Shown: positions 42,557-52,461 of the stretch, piece after piece
Numbering within the stretch: the first letter of the stretch is position 1
Layout of the letters: each line of letters opens with the position of its first letter
Origin: Gammaproteobacteria bacterium
GTDB taxonomy: Bacteria > Pseudomonadota > Gammaproteobacteria > CAJXQU01
DNA: 64,000 bases
Direction of reading: 5' to 3'
Assembly: GCA_965238175.1 (NCBI GenBank)
Contig: CBDEGZ010000003.1
Span: forward strand, 32,001 to 96,000
The notes under the pieces: model-generated
The model's input: only the letters and a program-made list of their open reading frames with translations
Told to the model about the DNA's origin: nothing
Databases searched by the model: none
Program-made: the position numbers and the translations under genes

Positions 42557-43315
42557 ATGAAAACAATTATTTTAATGCTCGCGGTTTGGTTTTCCCTTAT
42601 TGCTTACGTTCAAGCAGAGCCACAAACATTCACCAGCACAGATAAACGTGTCAATTTAGTTGAACTTTATACATCCGAAGGTTGCAGCAGTTGTCCCCCA
42701 GCAGAAAAGTGGATGGGCAAGCTAAAAAATGATGATCGTTTATGGAAAGAATTTATACCGGTCGCTTTTCACGTGGATTATTGGAATTATATAGGTTGGC
42801 CAGACAGATTCGCATCTCCTCAATATAGCCAGCGCCAACGTAGTTATGCGGCAGGCAATAATTTAAGTACGGTTTACACACCGGGCGTAATGTTGAATGG
42901 CAAAGAGTGGCGATCATTAAGAAATAAACAAGCACTTGATCAGAATAAATCAAATGTTGTTGGCACATTAGAAGTAGGAGTAGATACAGAACAGGTTATG
43001 GCCAATTTTGCTATCGCCGATCATGTTATAGCTGAAAATGATAAACCAGCTTTTTTGAATGTCGCGATTTTAGGATTTGATCTCATCACAAAGGTCAAAG
43101 CAGGCGAAAATCATGGGAAAAAATTGGAGCATGATTTTGTTGTTCTCGGCTATAAAAGAGTTTCAATGAAGAATTCAGAAAACGGCTATGAATTAACAAC
43201 AAAACTACCAATGTTGGTGGAAGCCGCTGCTAAAACAGGCTTGGCAGTTTGGGTTGATTATGGAAAAGATTTAATGCCCGTTCAGGCAACAGGTGGTTGG
43301 TTAGCGAGTAGATAA
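42557..43315 (+). CDS. DUF1223 secreted thioredoxin-like protein
   Basis: Signal peptide, VELYTSEGCSSCPPA, HVDYWNYIGW.D, VYTP. Confidence 0.9.
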   Translation: MKTIILMLAVWFSLIAYVQAEPQTFTSTDKRVNLVELYTSEGCSSCPPAEKWMGKLKNDDRLWKEFIPVAFHVDYWNYIGWPDRFASPQYSQRQRSYAAGNNLSTVYTPGVMLNGKEWRSLRNKQALDQNKSNVVGTLEVGVDTEQVMANFAIADHVIAENDKPAFLNVAILGFDLITKVKAGENHGKKLEHDFVVLGYKRVSMKNSENGYELTTKLPMLVEAAAKTGLAVWVDYGKDLMPVQATGGWLASR

Positions 43316-43329
43316 AGGTTTATTTTTGA

Positions 43330-44199
43330 TCAAATATTGTTGTTATTGGTTTGTTCTGGTTCTTTTAAAACTGCATGTGTAACTAGTAAAGAAAGTATGC
43401 AGTAAGTAGCAAAAAAATAAAGTCCAAGATCAGATTCTGCGCGGGTAAAGTCTTGTGTATCCAACGCAAAAATTGAGATCAAAATAGCAACAACAAAGAC
43501 ATCCGCCATCGACCACTTTCCTAATAGATGAATTAGATCGTGTGCACGTTTATGTAATGTTGGTGCGACATTAAAAAGATTCATCGAAACCACCCCCATT
43601 TTTAATAAGGGTACGAAAATACTTAATATAGTAATCAAACCTGCAATAATTAAATTGCCATGTGAGAAAAGGCTTTGTACGGTTGAAAAGATACTCTTCG
43701 CTTCATACTTAAATACCACCTCGCCCAACAAGGGTAATTCCTTATATGCTGTCATTTGCATCATGGGTGCGGCAAGTCCAATGAATAAGCTCAAGATCGA
43801 AATGAATAATACATGTCGCCAAAAACGATCTTGATCGTCTTCTTTTTTTGATAGAAAGAAATGTAAAAGTAACCATGCAGCGGCAACCATAAAGAAAATA
43901 ATAGTAAAAATATTCGCCTGCTTTTTTAGTTCATTTGCACTGCCTACAAGCAACTTATGTTTAGTGACTCTATCTGTTGCACCTTCATAAAGTGAAAAGC
44001 TGAGTTTTTGTAAAAGCTCAGCAAACGCTAAATCGGTACTGCCTTCAACCGTCATTGCATCTGCGATTTGTGTATTCAGACTGACACTTTTTAAGCTGCT
44101 TTGCGCAATAAAGAACGCTAACGTTGTAAGCGTGAAATAGATGAAAATACCCAGAAAAAATAACGTGTTTTTGTTTTTAAGTATGCTCATGTTGATCAA
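43330..44199 (-). CDS. Paraquat-inducible protein A (PqiA)-domain membrane protein
   Basis: SIFVPLLK, LGKWSMADVFVVAI, GLYFFATYC. Confidence 0.8.
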   Translation of the reverse strand: MINMSILKNKNTLFFLGIFIYFTLTTLAFFIAQSSLKSVSLNTQIADAMTVEGSTDLAFAELLQKLSFSLYEGATDRVTKHKLLVGSANELKKQANIFTIIFFMVAAAWLLLHFFLSKKEDDQDRFWRHVLFISILSLFIGLAAPMMQMTAYKELPLLGEVVFKYEAKSIFSTVQSLFSHGNLIIAGLITILSIFVPLLKMGVVSMNLFNVAPTLHKRAHDLIHLLGKWSMADVFVVAILISIFALDTQDFTRAESDLGLYFFATYCILSLLVTHAVLKEPEQTNNNNI

Positions 44200-44738
44200 A
44201 AACTATCTTTAAGAAATTTTTCAGTGATCAGAATAATTGGTTTACGATTTGCGAAGACACGATAGGTTCTTGAGACTAAGTTTGAGTCAGGATTATGATC
44301 AAAGTATTCGCTTAACTCACGGGCGCTTTCTTGTGTGCATGAAAGAATTTCTCTAAAAGTTTCAGTCTTCGTTTCGATCATTAATCTCCCTAATGGTTTA
44401 TCGGTTTTGATCAAACCTTTTTGTAATTCCTGATCGAGTTTTTCAGGCACCAATATTGATTCAGCATAAATATAATTTGTTTTTGAATCTTCTCCTTGCA
44501 AAAGTATTTTTCTGATCAGAACTTCGGTACCCGATTGAATTTCAAGATAAGGGATTTCAAGATCGCAAACTGTCTGTTCCTGAAATAACTTGATCAGATT
44601 TATTTTTTCCCAAAACTGCGCTTCGAGAATTTCAGTCACCGTACCATCTGTAGTGAGTAAGATACGTTGAAAGGGTGAAAGATTTTTTAGATCGAGATCA
44701 CTACCTGACAATGATTGTTCGAGATCAATTCTTAGCAT
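44196..44738 (-). CDS. Chorismate pyruvate-lyase family protein (DUF98/Rv2949c-like)
   Basis: QRILLTTDGTVTEILE, R.ILL.G, YAES, PLGR, ETFRE, SRTY, ITEKF. Confidence 0.8.
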   Translation of the reverse strand: MLRIDLEQSLSGSDLDLKNLSPFQRILLTTDGTVTEILEAQFWEKINLIKLFQEQTVCDLEIPYLEIQSGTEVLIRKILLQGEDSKTNYIYAESILVPEKLDQELQKGLIKTDKPLGRLMIETKTETFREILSCTQESARELSEYFDHNPDSNLVSRTYRVFANRKPIILITEKFLKDSF

Positions 44739-44767
44739 CGTTAATAAAAAACAAGAGAGTTAAATAT

Positions 44768-44974
44768 TCAATAATGAGGTGGTCTTTCATCGGCTATTTT
44801 TCCAGAAGACACATTTTCTGAAATTTCTTTGGTTTGTTCGATCAAATAACGACAAGTATTTTCCAATTGTTCAATTCGCTTTTGTTGATCAAAAATAGTT
44901 TTATTCAATTCTTGGATTAAATCTTCTTGGTAAGCAAGTTTTGTTTCAATTTCAAGGATCCGCTCTTCAGTCAT
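44768..44974 (-). CDS. slyX: SlyX family protein
   Basis: LEIETKLAYQEDLIQELN, ends ERPPHY. Confidence 0.92.
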   Translation of the reverse strand: MTEERILEIETKLAYQEDLIQELNKTIFDQQKRIEQLENTCRYLIEQTKEISENVSSGKIADERPPHY

Positions 44975-45082
44975 CGGTGTATTATATAACAAATACACAT
45001 GTTTCTAGTTATATGCTCATCAGTTTAAACTGGGGTTTATAATTGCATGAATTAAACCTTCTCGGAATATTTAATCACTTAT

Positions 45083-46060
45083 ATGGCGAAACGAAAACTT
45101 AATATGCAACAAACTCGTCGGTTAAGTGAAAAAAGAACCGTAAAACAGGAACAAAAAATTATTGATTCAGTAAACAAAACAGGTCGGGTGATTACAAACT
45201 TCGGCAAGAAAGTTTTAATCGAAACAGAGGATGGCAGCAAAATAAAATGCTCTATCCGGCAGAATTTGGGGAAGTTGGTTGCGGGTGATTCAGTTGTTTG
45301 GGAAGACGGTTTAGAACTGTCAACCGGCATTATTAGCCAATTACAAGAACGAAAAAATTTATTAAGTCGTCCCGGTTTTCGAGGCGAGATACGAATGATT
45401 GCGGCGAATATTAGTTTGATCGGTATTGTGGTGCCTATCGTACCGGGTATTCATCCCGATATGATCGATCGTTATTTGGTCGCTGCATCCCAACTTGGTA
45501 TTCCTTCATTTATCCTTCTTAATAAAATTGATTTGATCGAGGAACAAGAACACTGGCAAGCGATTAATGAAATCTTGCAACCCTATCTCGATCTAAATAT
45601 TCCTATCATACAAACATCGAATTTGAAAAAAAATGGTTTTGATCAATTACGAACTCAACTGTCTGATCATACTAGTGTTTTTGTCGGTACATCGGGCGCT
45701 GGAAAATCATCACTGATCAATTCGTTAATCCCTGATCTTGATATTCGTATTGGAGAGCTTTCTGAAGCAACAGGGCTTGGGAGTCATACCACCAGCAATA
45801 GTATCCTTTATCATCTACCTTCTGGTGGTGATTTGATCGATTCGCCTGGAATTAGACAGTTTACACCTGAGCCTTGCAGCCTGTCAGAGCTTGAGCAGCA
45901 TTATGCTGATTTCGAAGCTTTTCTCGGTAAATGTAAATTCAATAATTGTACCCATACACACGAACCAAGTTGCGAGATTATTCAAGCCATTGATGACGGA
46001 CAAATTTCTGCGCAAAGGCTACACAGTTTTCATCGCTTGCTAGAAGAATTTGAAGCTTAA
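45083..46060 (+). CDS. rsgA: Small ribosomal subunit biogenesis GTPase RsgA
   Basis: NKID, GTSGAGKSS, HTT, DSPGIR, CKFNNCTHTHEPSC. Confidence 0.96.
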   Translation: MAKRKLNMQQTRRLSEKRTVKQEQKIIDSVNKTGRVITNFGKKVLIETEDGSKIKCSIRQNLGKLVAGDSVVWEDGLELSTGIISQLQERKNLLSRPGFRGEIRMIAANISLIGIVVPIVPGIHPDMIDRYLVAASQLGIPSFILLNKIDLIEEQEHWQAINEILQPYLDLNIPIIQTSNLKKNGFDQLRTQLSDHTSVFVGTSGAGKSSLINSLIPDLDIRIGELSEATGLGSHTTSNSILYHLPSGGDLIDSPGIRQFTPEPCSLSELEQHYADFEAFLGKCKFNNCTHTHEPSCEIIQAIDDGQISAQRLHSFHRLLEEFEA

Positions 46061-46068
46061 AAGATCGC

Positions 46069-46827
46069 TTAAGACTTTTTGACGATAACACTAACCTGAT
46101 TAGTAAATAACTCGCGAAGATAAGGTATCTTGGTCAAAAAATTCAGGTTTTTTACGCCTGTGTAATGCGCGTGTTCGATATGCAGATCACACTCTTTGGC
46201 CAACGTTTCAAATTTCTTCAGGCTCATTTGGTTTAGTCCGCGTTTAACGTCTTTGTAATATTCTGCACCATCATCTCGATACAAACGTCTCACAGACATA
46301 ATAGTTTTTTCAGAGAAAAATAGATTGATCCATGGGACTTTGCAAAAATATTTCATATGGCTACCATAAGGTGCGTACCAGGGAGGGCCAAAGGTAATCA
46401 ATAGTCGGCCATCTTGTTTCAAGGTTGAGCGCATTAACTTAAGAATAAAGACAGGATCAGAAAAATGCTCCATCGAATTATGCGACATAACGATGTCATA
46501 TTGATCATGATGAGAGGCATCAATTGTATCGATCAACTCTAACTGCTCAGAACTTAAACCGTACTCTTGCTTACGCTTCTCGGCTTCTGCCAGGCATTCA
46601 GGCTCATTGTCGACACCTGTGACTTTGCAGTCGAGATGTTTAATTAGTTCTACCGCTTGGTAACATACACCACAGCCAAAATCGAGCACTTTTTTACCAT
46701 GTACTAGTTGATCGAACCCTTGATATTCAGCCCGTAGAAGAACTAAGGGGGCAATATCAGTCAGATCTTTTTTTACCGGGGGATTTTGATCGGAACTCTT
46801 GTTTTGCTGCGGCAGTGAAATTGCCAT
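46069..46827 (-). CDS. Class I SAM-dependent methyltransferase (start could be up to 46887)
   Basis: VLDFGCG, GVD, EHFSDP, FGPPWYAPYGSH. Confidence 0.8.
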   Translation of the reverse strand: MAISLPQQNKSSDQNPPVKKDLTDIAPLVLLRAEYQGFDQLVHGKKVLDFGCGVCYQAVELIKHLDCKVTGVDNEPECLAEAEKRKQEYGLSSEQLELIDTIDASHHDQYDIVMSHNSMEHFSDPVFILKLMRSTLKQDGRLLITFGPPWYAPYGSHMKYFCKVPWINLFFSEKTIMSVRRLYRDDGAEYYKDVKRGLNQMSLKKFETLAKECDLHIEHAHYTGVKNLNFLTKIPYLRELFTNQVSVIVKKS

Positions 46828-47076
46828 TAAAAACCGTTCTGCTAAAGTCGGTTGCGGGATAAACATTACCTTTTTATGGTTCAACATTATATCTTTTCCT
46901 TAGTTGTAGAGGCTTGGATCACTTCCTTAGGCTAATTTCAAATTCCACGTATTATTTTTCGGCATTAATTGAAAATTCTGAAGTCCTTAAATGTGGAAAA
47001 TATAACAAAGGATGAAAGAACATCATTATTAATTTCATTTTCACCCTCAATACAGGCTAAAATTGATCCTATAACT

Positions 47077-48117
47077 ATGAATAACCCTGACCCCCTTATT
47101 TCCCCCGACTCTTTAAGTGAAGATTTACTGGCGGACAATACGCTTCGTCCTCGAACACTACAGGATTATATTGGTCAGCCAGACGTCTGTGAGCAGATGG
47201 AAATTTTTATCCAGGCTGCCAAGAAACGATCAGAAACATTAGATCATGTTTTGATTTTTGGACCGCCAGGCCTTGGCAAAACGACACTGGCGAATATCGT
47301 TGCAAATGAGATGGGAGTATGTCTTAGACAAACATCCGGCCCGGTGCTTGAAAGACCGGGTGATTTAGCCGCCTTGTTGACGAATCTTGAACCCGGCGAT
47401 GTGTTATTTATTGACGAGATCCATCGCTTAAGCCCTGTGGTTGAAGAAGTGCTTTACCCTGCGATGGAAGATTTCCAATTAGACATTATGATCGGTGAAG
47501 GCCCTGCAGCAAGGGCGATCAAACTGGATCTGCCGCAATTTACGTTGGTAGGAGCAACAACACGTGCCGGCTTATTGACATCTCCTTTGCGAGATCGATT
47601 TGGGATTGTACAAAGATTAGAATTCTATCAGCCTACAGAATTGAGCCAAATAGTTACTCGATCTGCAAGGATTTTAGGTGTGGGGATTGATGATCAAGGT
47701 TCGAAAGAAGTCGCGAAACGATCACGAGGGACACCAAGAATCGCGAATCGATTATTGCGAAGGATCCGTGATTATGCCGAAGTCAAAGCGGATGGTCATA
47801 TCGACAATAACATTGCGAAACTCGCTTTGGATATGCTCAATGTCGATGCCCATGGTTTTGATATGATGGATCGAAAGTTGTTATTAGCCATTATTAAGAA
47901 ATTTGATGGTGGCCCGGTTGGCGTAGAAAGTGTTGCTGCCGCCATTGGAGAAGAACGCGGAACAATAGAAGATGTCATTGAGCCATTTTTGATCCAAAAA
48001 GGCTTCATGATGCGAACGCCACGTGGCCGTGTTGCGACGAAAACCGCTTGGCATCATTTTGGGCTAACTCCACCAACACAGAATATTACGGAAAAAGATC
48101 TGTTTGATGATAAGTAG
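47077..48117 (+). CDS. ruvB: Holliday junction branch migration helicase RuvB
   Basis: [43 protein letters not shown]. Confidence 0.98.
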   Translation: MNNPDPLISPDSLSEDLLADNTLRPRTLQDYIGQPDVCEQMEIFIQAAKKRSETLDHVLIFGPPGLGKTTLANIVANEMGVCLRQTSGPVLERPGDLAALLTNLEPGDVLFIDEIHRLSPVVEEVLYPAMEDFQLDIMIGEGPAARAIKLDLPQFTLVGATTRAGLLTSPLRDRFGIVQRLEFYQPTELSQIVTRSARILGVGIDDQGSKEVAKRSRGTPRIANRLLRRIRDYAEVKADGHIDNNIAKLALDMLNVDAHGFDMMDRKLLLAIIKKFDGGPVGVESVAAAIGEERGTIEDVIEPFLIQKGFMMRTPRGRVATKTAWHHFGLTPPTQNITEKDLFDDK

Positions 48118-48161
48118 ATCACACAAAAGTTGTGAATTATCATAACTAATGCATGTCTAGA

Positions 48162-48404
48162 TACTCTATCCGGTTGATATTATTGTATTCAGCAGCACCA
48201 TGACGCTTCGCGACAAGGCACCGTGTACACAGAGAATAGTTGTTCTATTCTCAAGTGCTACCTTCGGGTTAGCTTGCCAGTGTCCGTGGACTACGTTATA
48301 CCTCTTGGTAATAGACCACTATATTGCTATTACCTGCAAAGGTACGTCTTGCCATGAACACTGACAGGCCTAACTTAATGTAATAATATCAACTAGATAG
48401 AGTA
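48162..48404. repeat. ERIC-like MITE between ruvB and tolQ
   Basis: Terminal repeats of about 31 bp tactctatccggttgatattattgtattcag / cttaatgtaataatatcaactagatagagta; inner modules shared with the 2960-3105 and 26275-26529 copies. Confidence 0.85.
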
Positions 48405-48463
48405 CTTTTTAAAGTTTTTTATGGAAATTATAATTAAACTAAACATAATCCTCGAGGCCACAC

Positions 48464-49138
48464 ATGGAAGCTGATCTGTCTATTGCCAGTTTAATTATTG
48501 GTGCCAGTCTATTGGTTAAGTTTGTCATGCTAGTGTTGTTGTTGGCATCAATAGCATCATGGACTGTCATTTTTATGAAAAGAAGGCTGATAGCCAGAGC
48601 GAAAAAAGAAGCTAAAGATTTTGAAGATCGGTTCTGGTCAGTAGATGACCTAACTACGCTTTATAATAAAGTTTCAGATCAACATATGGAGCCAGAAGGA
48701 ATGGCTAAAATTTTTGAGGCGGGTTTCAAAGAATTTGCGCGCTTAAAGAAGCGTGGCGGAATTGATCCCGGATCCGTTTTAGAAGGATCTCAACGGGCGA
48801 TGCGTATTGCATTAACCCGAGAAGTTGACTCATTGGAACACCGACTGCCTTTTCTAGCTACGGTTGGATCTGTCAGTCCTTACATAGGGCTATTTGGAAC
48901 CGTCTGGGGAATTATGAATTCTTTCCAGGCCCTTGGTAATGTTCATCAAGCAACATTAGCCATGGTTGCACCGGGAATTTCAGAAGCTCTTATCGCTACG
49001 GCGATGGGGTTGTTTGCAGCGATACCCGCCGTCATTGGTTATAACCGCTATTCGACAGATATTGATCGACTATATGGTCAATACGACATGTTCCTGGAAG
49101 AATTCTCTTCTATCCTTCATCGTCAAGCGCATAGTTAG
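48464..49138 (+). CDS. tolQ: Tol-Pal system protein TolQ
   Basis: LATVGSVSPYIGLFGTVWGIM, VAPGISEALIATA. Confidence 0.97.
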   Translation: MEADLSIASLIIGASLLVKFVMLVLLLASIASWTVIFMKRRLIARAKKEAKDFEDRFWSVDDLTTLYNKVSDQHMEPEGMAKIFEAGFKEFARLKKRGGIDPGSVLEGSQRAMRIALTREVDSLEHRLPFLATVGSVSPYIGLFGTVWGIMNSFQALGNVHQATLAMVAPGISEALIATAMGLFAAIPAVIGYNRYSTDIDRLYGQYDMFLEEFSSILHRQAHS

Positions 49139-49154
49139 GACACAAGGTTAAGAC

Positions 49155-49574
49155 ATGCAACGCAGAACTCGAAAAAAACTTATGGCTGACATCAATGTTG
49201 TCCCCTATATAGATGTCATGCTGGTTTTATTGATCATCTTTATGATCACCGCACCACTAGTCACACAAGGAGTAAAGGTCGATTTACCTAAAGCCTCGTC
49301 TGAACCTGTCCCTCCCAACGATGCAACACCTTTGATGGTGACGGTTGATAGCCAAGGTAGCTATTATGTCGAACATGGTGAGAATTCGAAAAGCCCGGTT
49401 GATCACGACATTTTGATCACAAAAGTACAAGGCGTGATGAAATACAAACCGGAAACACCGGTTTTAGTTGGTGGAGATGGTTCCGTGCCCTACGCCAGCG
49501 TGATACAACTCATGAGCTTATTACAAAGTGCAGGTGTACCCAGTGTGGGTTTGTTAACCGAGCCTGTTGAGTAG
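49155..49574 (+). CDS. tolR: Tol-Pal system protein TolR
   Basis: INVVPYIDVMLVLLIIFM. Confidence 0.97.
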   Translation: MQRRTRKKLMADINVVPYIDVMLVLLIIFMITAPLVTQGVKVDLPKASSEPVPPNDATPLMVTVDSQGSYYVEHGENSKSPVDHDILITKVQGVMKYKPETPVLVGGDGSVPYASVIQLMSLLQSAGVPSVGLLTEPVE

Positions 49575-49586
49575 ATATTCGAGTAA

Positions 49587-50486
49587 ATGAAACTACGATT
49601 TAACGGGACACAAGGTTTTATTCTTGCGCTGCTTATCCATATCGTAGTGATCGGATTATTATTTTTCAGCATAGGTTCTGAGAACGCTATCAAACCTCAG
49701 ACATCTGATGCTGAACCAAAAATCATTGATGCTGTCGTTATAGATCACAACAAGATAAAAGCAGAAAAACAAAAACTCGAAGATGCAGAAAAAAAGAAAC
49801 TGGCTGAACAGGAAAGACGTAAACAAGAAGCCCGTGATGTGGAGAAAAAACGTAAGGAAGAAGAACGACGGCTAGAAGATCTAAAAAAACAGCAAAAAGA
49901 ACTTGAACAAAAACGCATCGCTGAAGAACAGAAACTAAAACAAGCAGAACAAGATCGAAAACAACAGGAAATACAAAAAAAAGCAGAACAAGAAAAGCTA
50001 AAAAAGGAAGCTGAGAAGAAACGTTTAGAACAAGAAGCAATTAAAAAAGAAGAAGAACAAAAGCGTAAAGAGGAAGCGGCGCGTCTCAAAGCTGAAAAGG
50101 AAGCTGAAGCTCAGGCTAAAAAAGAAGCGGAAGAAAAACGTAAAGCAGAGGAAGCACAAAAACAACGAGATGCTGAAATAGCTGCGGAAGAAGCTGCAAG
50201 AGCTAAAGAAATTGCCGGCGGTTTTTTTGGCAAAATTGCCACACAAGTTGGGCGAAATTTTAATATCAGTGGGTTCCAACCCGGTTTGACGTGTGTATTG
50301 GAAATTAAAATGGTACCAGGTGGTGATGTTGTGAGCGTAAGAGTTGTGGGGTCAAGTGGTGATGAACGTTTTGATCGTCAGGCAGAAATCGCTGCGCAAA
50401 AAGCTTCACCCTTACCAGTACCAGATGATATAAAGATATTTAATCAGTATTTTAGAACCATCAAATTTAGATTTAATCCAGGGTAG
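49587..50486 (+). CDS. tolA: Tol-Pal system protein TolA
   Basis: TM with His, long E/K/A/Q helix, C-terminal TonB-like domain (SSGD..FD..A..A..KASPLPVP). Confidence 0.93.
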   Translation: MKLRFNGTQGFILALLIHIVVIGLLFFSIGSENAIKPQTSDAEPKIIDAVVIDHNKIKAEKQKLEDAEKKKLAEQERRKQEARDVEKKRKEEERRLEDLKKQQKELEQKRIAEEQKLKQAEQDRKQQEIQKKAEQEKLKKEAEKKRLEQEAIKKEEEQKRKEEAARLKAEKEAEAQAKKEAEEKRKAEEAQKQRDAEIAAEEAARAKEIAGGFFGKIATQVGRNFNISGFQPGLTCVLEIKMVPGGDVVSVRVVGSSGDERFDRQAEIAAQKASPLPVPDDIKIFNQYFRTIKFRFNPG

Positions 50487-50490
50487 CTGA

Positions 50491-51801
50491 ATGAAAAGAC
50501 GTTTTTCTATTTATTTCACATTATTAATTAGTTTATTTCTGATCAGGCCAGTAATAGCCGAAGATGTGATGACCATTGAAATATCAAAAAGCATAATAGA
50601 GCCAACTCCAATTGCAATTGTGCCCTTTAATGATTCGGGTGATCCTGAAGGATTACCATTAGAAATAAGTCAGATCATTGCCGATGACTTAGAGAGCAGT
50701 GGTTATTTTAAGGCAATGCCTGCCAAAGATATGCCCGCTAAACCAGATGATTTTTCAAGCATTATGTTTGATGATTGGAAAAGAATGGGAATGGATAATC
50801 TTGTGGTTGGTAAGGCCAGTAAAACAGCCTCAGGTAGTTATGCAATCGAATTTAGATTGGCTGATGTTTATAAAGGCTCGCAGCTAACGGGTTTACGTGT
50901 AATGGCAAGGCCAAATAATTTGCGCTTCGCTGCACATCGAATTGCTGATGTGATCTATGAAAAATTAATCGGCGAACGAGGGGCTTTTGCAACACGAGTC
51001 ACTTACATTACAGTTAAAAAAAACGGCAAGAAAAAACGTTGGTATTTAGAAATGTCCGATTCAGATGGGCATAATCCGATTACATTATTAGAATCATCAC
51101 AGCCGATCATGTCACCTGTCTGGTCACCAAATGGGCGACACCTAGCTTACGTTTCATTTGAAGAAGGTAATTCCTCTATCTTTGTACAGAATATTGCGAC
51201 CGGCAAGCGTCAAGTTGTATCCTCTGGTCGAGGCATTAATAGCTCGCCCGCCTGGTCGCCAGATAATTCAAAACTGGCAATGACGCTTTCAAAAGATGGG
51301 AATCCTGAAATATATATTAAAGATCTAAAAACTAAAAAGTTATCCCAAATTACAAAAAATCGTGCAATTGATACTGAAGCCAGCTTTTCACCGGATGGTC
51401 GCAACTTGGTTTTCACCTCTGATCGTGGTGGCAGTCCGCAAATTTACAAAGTGCCCGTTTCGGGAGGCTCGGCTCAGCGTTTAACCTTTAATATGGGAAA
51501 ATATAATGCGGGTGCTAGTTATTCTCCGGATGGGAAAATGTTGACGCTCGTGCATCAAGAAAATGGTGCTTATCAAATTGCAGTACTAGATTTAGATTAT
51601 CAACAAATGAATGTGCTCACAAATGCACGTCTTGATGAGTCGCCAAGTTTTGCACCGAATGGCAAAATGATAATTTATTCGACGACGCGAGGTCATCGAT
51701 CTGAACTGGCAGCGATTTCTGTTGATGGAAAAATCGAAAAACGATTGCTAGTAAAAGGCAGCGAAGTTAGAGAGCCTGATTGGGGGCCCTTTGTACGATA
51801 A
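50491..51801 (+). CDS. tolB: Tol-Pal beta-propeller protein TolB
   Basis: PIAIVPF, repeated P.WSPDG, FTSDRGGSPQIY. Confidence 0.97.
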   Translation: MKRRFSIYFTLLISLFLIRPVIAEDVMTIEISKSIIEPTPIAIVPFNDSGDPEGLPLEISQIIADDLESSGYFKAMPAKDMPAKPDDFSSIMFDDWKRMGMDNLVVGKASKTASGSYAIEFRLADVYKGSQLTGLRVMARPNNLRFAAHRIADVIYEKLIGERGAFATRVTYITVKKNGKKKRWYLEMSDSDGHNPITLLESSQPIMSPVWSPNGRHLAYVSFEEGNSSIFVQNIATGKRQVVSSGRGINSSPAWSPDNSKLAMTLSKDGNPEIYIKDLKTKKLSQITKNRAIDTEASFSPDGRNLVFTSDRGGSPQIYKVPVSGGSAQRLTFNMGKYNAGASYSPDGKMLTLVHQENGAYQIAVLDLDYQQMNVLTNARLDESPSFAPNGKMIIYSTTRGHRSELAAISVDGKIEKRLLVKGSEVREPDWGPFVR

Positions 51802-51847
51802 GTGGTAAGATAAAAACATCCTGACAAAATTAATAAAAGAGGACGCT

Positions 51848-52390
51848 ATGAAAATTAAAATTAAATTACTTGCTCTGCTTGCTCCAGCATTTTTACTAAC
51901 AGCTTGCGGTGGTTCCGAAAGCGTAACCAAATCTGATGAAACTGTTGTTACAGTTGAAGATCGAAATATTGGTGAAAACAAAGGTGAGGATGGGACGGAA
52001 TCACATGGTGCAATGGATTCTGCCGGTTTTCATGCCACCGATCTGAATAATCCCGATAGCCCTCTTTCCATTCGTGTGATCTACTTTGAATATGACAGTG
52101 CGACTGTCCTTGCAGATTATCGTCCTGCTGTAGAAGCACATGCATCTTATCTGGCCGATCACCCTGATACTTATATCACATTAGAAGGACATGCGGATGA
52201 ACGGGGGTCAAGAGAATACAACCTTGCTCTGGGCGAAAATCGAGCAGAATCACTGAAACAACAAATGGTTTTAATGGGTGCATCACCCGATCAAATTGTG
52301 ACTGTGAGTTATGGTGAAGAACGTCCCGCTGAAGAAGGCCATGACGATGAAGCATATAGCTTAAACAGACGTGCGGAATTGGTTTATTAA
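51848..52390 (+). CDS. pal: Peptidoglycan-associated lipoprotein Pal
   Basis: Lipobox LTAC, EGHADERGSREYNLALG, NRRAEL. Confidence 0.97.
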   Translation: MKIKIKLLALLAPAFLLTACGGSESVTKSDETVVTVEDRNIGENKGEDGTESHGAMDSAGFHATDLNNPDSPLSIRVIYFEYDSATVLADYRPAVEAHASYLADHPDTYITLEGHADERGSREYNLALGENRAESLKQQMVLMGASPDQIVTVSYGEERPAEEGHDDEAYSLNRRAELVY

Positions 52391-52461
52391 TGAGGTTTAC
52401 TGATTCGGTTTATTGATAGAGTTCATGAATAAAATTTTGATTTGAAATAATTGATCCGCTT

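Noticed and set aside
49738-50279. Three antisense ORFs over tolA
   Set aside because: Artefacts of low-complexity E/K/A/Q codons, which lack stops on the opposite strand.
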